Below, in pieces: positions 42,401 through 48,400 of a stretch of 64,000 nt of DNA. The position numbers and the translations under genes are program-made. Source of the stretch: Candidatus Hydrogenedentota bacterium (GTDB lineage Bacteria > Hydrogenedentota > Hydrogenedentia > Hydrogenedentales > GCA-2746185); assembly GCA_947486375.1 (NCBI GenBank), contig CANKTP010000001.1, positions 17,118 to 81,117 of the forward strand, given 5' to 3'. The stretch's first letter is position 1; each line of letters begins with the position of its first letter. A model generated the notes under the pieces. The model was not told where the DNA came from. It saw only the letters and a program-made list of their open reading frames with translations, and made no database searches.

Positions 42401-45400
42401 AATCGCCAATGGCTCTCCGTGTTTCCCGTGTCCGGGAACTTGGAAATTGGCTCGGAAACCGTCGTGAGCCTGACGGCAAGCGCGGAAGGTTTTTCCGACG
42501 GCGACGAAACTACCACGACCCTTGTGATTGCCGGGGACCCCCATCCGGACGGTAACATCGAGCGGACCGTGAGACTGATCGTGGACGAGTATCTCTCGAT
42601 CGTGCATGAGCCGCTTGAGAACACGCCCGATGCCGCGGGCCCCTATCTGGTCGATGCGACGATCACCGCGGAAAACGGGGTGAACGAGTCGAAACTGAAG
42701 CTCTATTACAGCGTGAATCGCGGACCGATCGAGGAAGTCGCACTGCAGCCATTGGGGCTTGGCGCCTATCGCGGCGAAATTCCCGGCCAACCCTTCGGGA
42801 CCTTGATCGAGTACTACCTTTCGGCCCAGAACGCGATCGGGCAGTTACTGACCAATCCCATCGAGGCGCCAGACGACCGCCATGCGTTCAGGGTTTTCGA
42901 TCCCAGCTCCAACCTTTTCGCGGCGACATTCGAAACGGGCGGGGACGGCTTCGTCTTCGACAACGGCGCGGGCACCGGCGGCGGTTTGTGGCACCATACC
43001 ACGGCGTGTCAGGCAGTTGGGGCGGAAGGCGCCTTGTACTACGGTATCGACGCCTCCTGTTCCTATGACGCGGGCAACACCCAGGGCTTCGCGGTTTCCC
43101 CGCCCGTGGTCCTGCCGCCGCCGGGTCAATCCGCGACGCTGACATTCTCCTACTTCCTCGAGACCGAGGGGCTGCCCTCGAGTTACGACAGGGCGTCGGT
43201 CGAAGTCTCGACCGACGGGGGCGCCTCATGGGGGTTGGTCGCCCACAATTACGCCGGCGCGGCGGCCGGACTCGTGCTATTGCAGGATCCGACGGCCTCA
43301 TGGCGCCGCGCGACGGTCAATCTGTCCGCATTCGCCGGCTCGGAAATCATGCTTCGCCTCGGGTTCGCGACCGGCGATTCGATCGCGAACGGCCATAAGG
43401 GGTTCTATGTCGACGACCTGTCCATCGACCTCGCTCCGGACTGTGAAGTCCCGGCAAATCCGAGTCCGGCCGACGCAGAGGCGAATGTCGCGGTCAACGT
43501 CACGTTGGCATGGGACCAGGCCAAGGCGTTGGCCGAATATCTCGCCGCGTTGCGTGCGGGCGAGACCGGGGTCGAGTCCCTGGTTCGCGGCAGCGACGAG
43601 ACTCCGCTGTTCCCGCCGGTGCCGTCCGAGACGCCGCCCGTCGTTGTGCCCGACGCCCTGGCGAGCGTGGCGATCTTTCAGAACCTGGCGCCCTGGGGCA
43701 CGGCCTCGAACCAGGTCGTCTTGACGGCCAATGGAATCTCGCACCAAATCTTCGGCTCCGCCGACATGGGATACGTCGACTTGGCGGGCTTTGACAAAGT
43801 CATCGTGTCGTCTGTTCAGGATGCCCAGTTTTATGCGGCCCTGGCGGCCAATCGAGACTGGTTCGAGGACTATGTGATCTCGGGCGGATTGCTCGATCTG
43901 CACCTGGCGTCGTATACCTCGGCCCCGGCCGACGGCTTGGAGCTGCCGGGCGGCTTCGTGACACAAAGTTTGTTGTCCAGCTCGGTCTCGATTGCGGATC
44001 CGTTCCACCCCATCGTGACGGTGCCCCACGCAATTTCCCACGCGGAGCTTCAGGGTTGGAATTATTCGACGCACGGCATTTTCAGTTCGGCGCCGCTGGA
44101 CGCGGTGCCCATCGTGAACGAGACCGGCAGCGGGCTTCCGTGCGCCATGGAGTTGGCGCTCGGCGCCGGGCGTATCCTCGCCACGCTCCAGACGGTCGAA
44201 TGGATCGGTTCGTCGCCCAATTATTTCGAGAACATGACCCTCCACGAACTCGGCGGGTGCGCGCCCTCGTACGACGTATATTTCGGGACCGATCCCAATT
44301 CGCTGGCCCGGGTTTACACCGGCCTCGAGCAGCCCTACTGCGATTTTCCCTCGCTGAGTCCCGGCACCGTCTATTTCTGGCAGGTGGATGCGATCCGTTG
44401 CTGTGGCGCCACCCTTGGCCCCGTCTGGAGTTTCACGACCGGCACGGGACAGCTTTCGGTGGATGCGTTTGAAGCCGACGACTCGCCCCAGTCCGCGTCG
44501 CCGATCGCGCTCAACGGCGTGCCCCAGGAGCGGACCCTCGATCGACCGGGCGACGTCGATTGGGCGATTTTCTTCGCCGCGGCGGGACAGGCCATTCATG
44601 TGGACGCGACGGCCTCTGCCCCGGGCGCGCAGCTCTTTGTCCAACTGTATCGCTTGGAAGGCATTGCCCTTGTGGCCGAATCCGTCCCGCTCGGGAATCG
44701 CGACGTTTCCGCCTCGATCGAATGGACCGCCGACGCGAGCGGGGGATACCTTGTCCGCGTCGCCACGGCCACTCCCGCGGCCACCGGCGCCAGCGCTGCT
44801 TACCGCCTCGACGTTTGGGTCGAATCAATCATCCCCAGCACGCTCATCGTCCGCGCCGTCGACGAAGCGACAGGAGAGCCCATCGACGGCGTGGAAATCA
44901 TCATCGACGACCTCGCCAACGGTTACTTCACGAATGAGGATGGATTGTTTACCCTCCCAATGGAGCCGGGTCCCCACACGGTGTGCGCAAATGGCGGCGC
45001 CGTCGGTTTCACGGCCACCTGCGAGAGCCCGGCAAACGTCGACGTATCCGACTCGGAACAGGAAGTCGTCCAATTCGAGCTCGATCCCGACGCGAAACTC
45101 GAGGTGACGCCCGCCGGGCTTAACTTCGGGCGGGTATACCTCGGCTCGACGGTGGAGCGCCTCGTTACCGTCACAAACGTCGGCACGGGCACGCGCGTCA
45201 TCACCGGCGACGCTCTGTGGAACGCGCTCGGTCCCATACGAATCATGGACGGGTCTCACTATGTTTTAGACCCCGGTCAATCGAGCCAGGTTATCGTCGA
45301 ATTTGCCCCCCTGGCACCGGCGATCACCCAAGGGACGATGGAATTCACGACCGGTGTCCGCGGCAGCGAGACGATTGTGGTGTCCGGGACCGGCAGGGAA

Positions 45401-48400
45401 AATGCCGCGCCGGTGCTCGCGGGCATCGGCCCCAAGGCATTCACGGAGAACCAGGCGGGTAGTTTCACTGTCACGGCGAGCGATGTCGACGGCGACACGC
45501 TGACGTATGGCGTGTCCAATGCCCCGGAGGGCGCCGTCTTCGATCCCGGCACGCGCACGTTCTCCTGGACGCCGGACTTTGACAACGCCGCGGCGTACCC
45601 CGGCGTGACGTTCACCGTGACGGACGACCGCGCGCCTTTCAGAAGTGACACGGAGACGATTACGATCACGGTACAAAACACGAACCGGCCGCCCGTATTG
45701 AATTCCATCGGCGATCAAGCGTTCACCGAAGGGCAGTTCGACAGATTTACAGTGACCGCCACGGATCCGGACGGCGACGATTTGACCTACACCGCCATCG
45801 GATTGCCGTCCGGCGCGGCGCTCGACTCCGTCACCGGCGAATGCTCGTGGTCGCCCGGTTTCGAGTCCTTGCGAAGCTACTCGGGCGTCCAATTCATCGT
45901 GACGGACGACGGATTGCCAGTGCCCCTCCAGGCCTCCGGGCCGATAACGATCACGGTGGCGAATACGAACCGGGTGCCGTTTCTGGATTCAGTCGAAGAT
46001 CAGTCCGTGGCCGAAGGAGAAACGCTTTCCTTCACGGTGACTGCCAGCGATTTCGATGGTGGCACGCCGGTCTTAAGCGTCTCAAACCTACCCGGCGGCG
46101 CCACCTTCGATCCGGCCACCGGAAACTTCGCCTGGACCCCGGGGACAACCGATGCGGGCCCATACGAGGTGACCTTCATCGCCACCGACGGCGAGGGGCT
46201 GGCGGGCACCATGAGCGTTACCATTACGGTCACCAATGTGAACCGCGCACCCTCGTTGGATCCGATCGATAACCAATCGATTGCGGAGGGAGAACTCCTT
46301 ACATTCACCCTCTCGGCGACCGATCCCGACGACGATACGTTGACCTTCGGCGCGACGGATTTGCCCGGCGATGCCACGTTGAACGCGACGACCGGCGTGT
46401 TCGTATGGACACCGGGTTACGAGGATGCCAGCGAATATCCCGTCGAGTTTACAGTCTCGGATGGCGCTGCGCCGCCCGTTGCGGGGGCCGTCGTCATCAC
46501 GGTGTCGAATACGAATCGCGCCCCCGCGTTGTCGCCGATAGGAAGTCGGGCGGCGGGCGAGGGGGAAACCCTGACCATCGTTCTCTCGGCTTTCGATCCG
46601 GATGGCGACGCCATCGCGTATGCCGCGTTCGGCCTTCCCGAAGGCGCGCAATTCGATCCCGGGACAGCGACGTTCACTTGGACTCCGGGATTCGGCGAAT
46701 CGGGGAACTATGGCGTCGAGTTCGCGGTCACGGACAACGGTACGCCCGTTCTCAGCGCCTCCGAGGCGATTACGATTTCGGTGGGCGATGTGAATCGCCC
46801 GCCCGCGCTCGAGGCAGTCGGCGACCGGCAGGCCTTGGAAGGCGAACGCCTGGCATTAACGCTCACGTCCGTCGATCTCGACGCGGAAGACACGATGACC
46901 TACCTCATGACCAACGCGCCTACCGGGGCGGAACTCGATCCGGTGACCGGATCGTTTGGTTGGACGCCCGGATTCGACGACGCCGGGGTGTATACGGGAG
47001 TTGTGTTCACGGTAGCCGACGACGGAACGCCCATCGAATCGGACTTCGAGTCCATCACGATTACGATCATCAACTCGAACCGCGCGCCGGAGTTGGCCGA
47101 AGTCGCGGATCGAGAAGTGGCCGAGGGCGCGCCCCTCGAGATTGCGCTTGGCGCGAGCGATCCGGATTCGGGCGATGCGCGGACATTCGCCATGTCTAAT
47201 ACACCACCCGGCGCCTCACTCAATCCCATCACCGGCGTGTTTGCGTGGACGCCGGGGTTTGACGATGCCGGGAGGTACGACGTCGCGTTCACGGTGACCG
47301 ACGATGGAACGCCGGCGCCCCTGGATGACGCGGAACTCGTCACAATTACGGTCACCAATACAAACCGTCCGCCGACATTGGCCGCCATCGCGGACAGCGA
47401 GATTTTGGTTGGGCAGCGGCTCGAGATTGCGCTGGATGCCGTCGATCCGGATTCGACCGATCGATTGACGTTTGGCGTCACGGGTCTTCCGCCGGGCGAG
47501 GGTTCCATCGATCCAATCACGGGTGTGTTCGCATGGACACCCAGCGCCACGGGCACGTATGAGGCGATGTTCACCGTGACCGACGACGGCACGCCGGGGC
47601 CGCTCCAAGCATCCGAGACGGCCACGATCGCGGTGAGCGCCTTGCCGGTGGCGGCGTTCAGCGCGGACGTGCGCTTGGGAACCGCCCCGCTGACGGTCCA
47701 ATTCACGGATGAATCGGTATCCGGCAGCGCGGAGATTACTTCGTGGAATTGGAACTTCGGCGATGACACGTTCAGCGAGGAACAACACCCGGGACACGAT
47801 TACGCCTCTGACGGAGTGTACACCGTGTCGTTGACGGTGACGACCGCCACGGGTACCGACGCCGAGATCAAGACCGGCTATATCACCGTGACCGGCGACC
47901 CGGCGTCGCCAACGGCAGCATTCAGCGCGGACGTCCTCTTCGGTCCCGCCCCCCTCACGGTTCGATTCTCGGACGAGTCAGCCCCGGGCACCGCCCCAAT
48001 TACGGCGTGGGCGTGGAACTTCGGCGACAGCGGGCCGATCGGCGCCGATCCGGATCCAGAACATGTATTTGCGTTGGAGGGCGTGTATTCCGTGTCGTTG
48101 ACGGTGACGACCGCAGGGGGCATCGATCTCGAGATCAAGACCGCCTACATCACGGTGGGCAACGATCCGGTGCCGCCCGTGGCCGACTTCAACGCGGATG
48201 CGCGGTTCGGCCCGGCCCCCCTGTCGGTGCAGTTTGTGGACGAGTCAAGACCGGGCAGCACGGGCATAACCGAATGGTTGTGGAACTTCGGCGATGCCGC
48301 CACCAGCACGCAACCGAACCCAAGGCATGTCTATGAGTCCGACGGCGTGTACACGGTATCGTTGACCGTGACGACGGGCGTGGACGACAACACCGCGACG

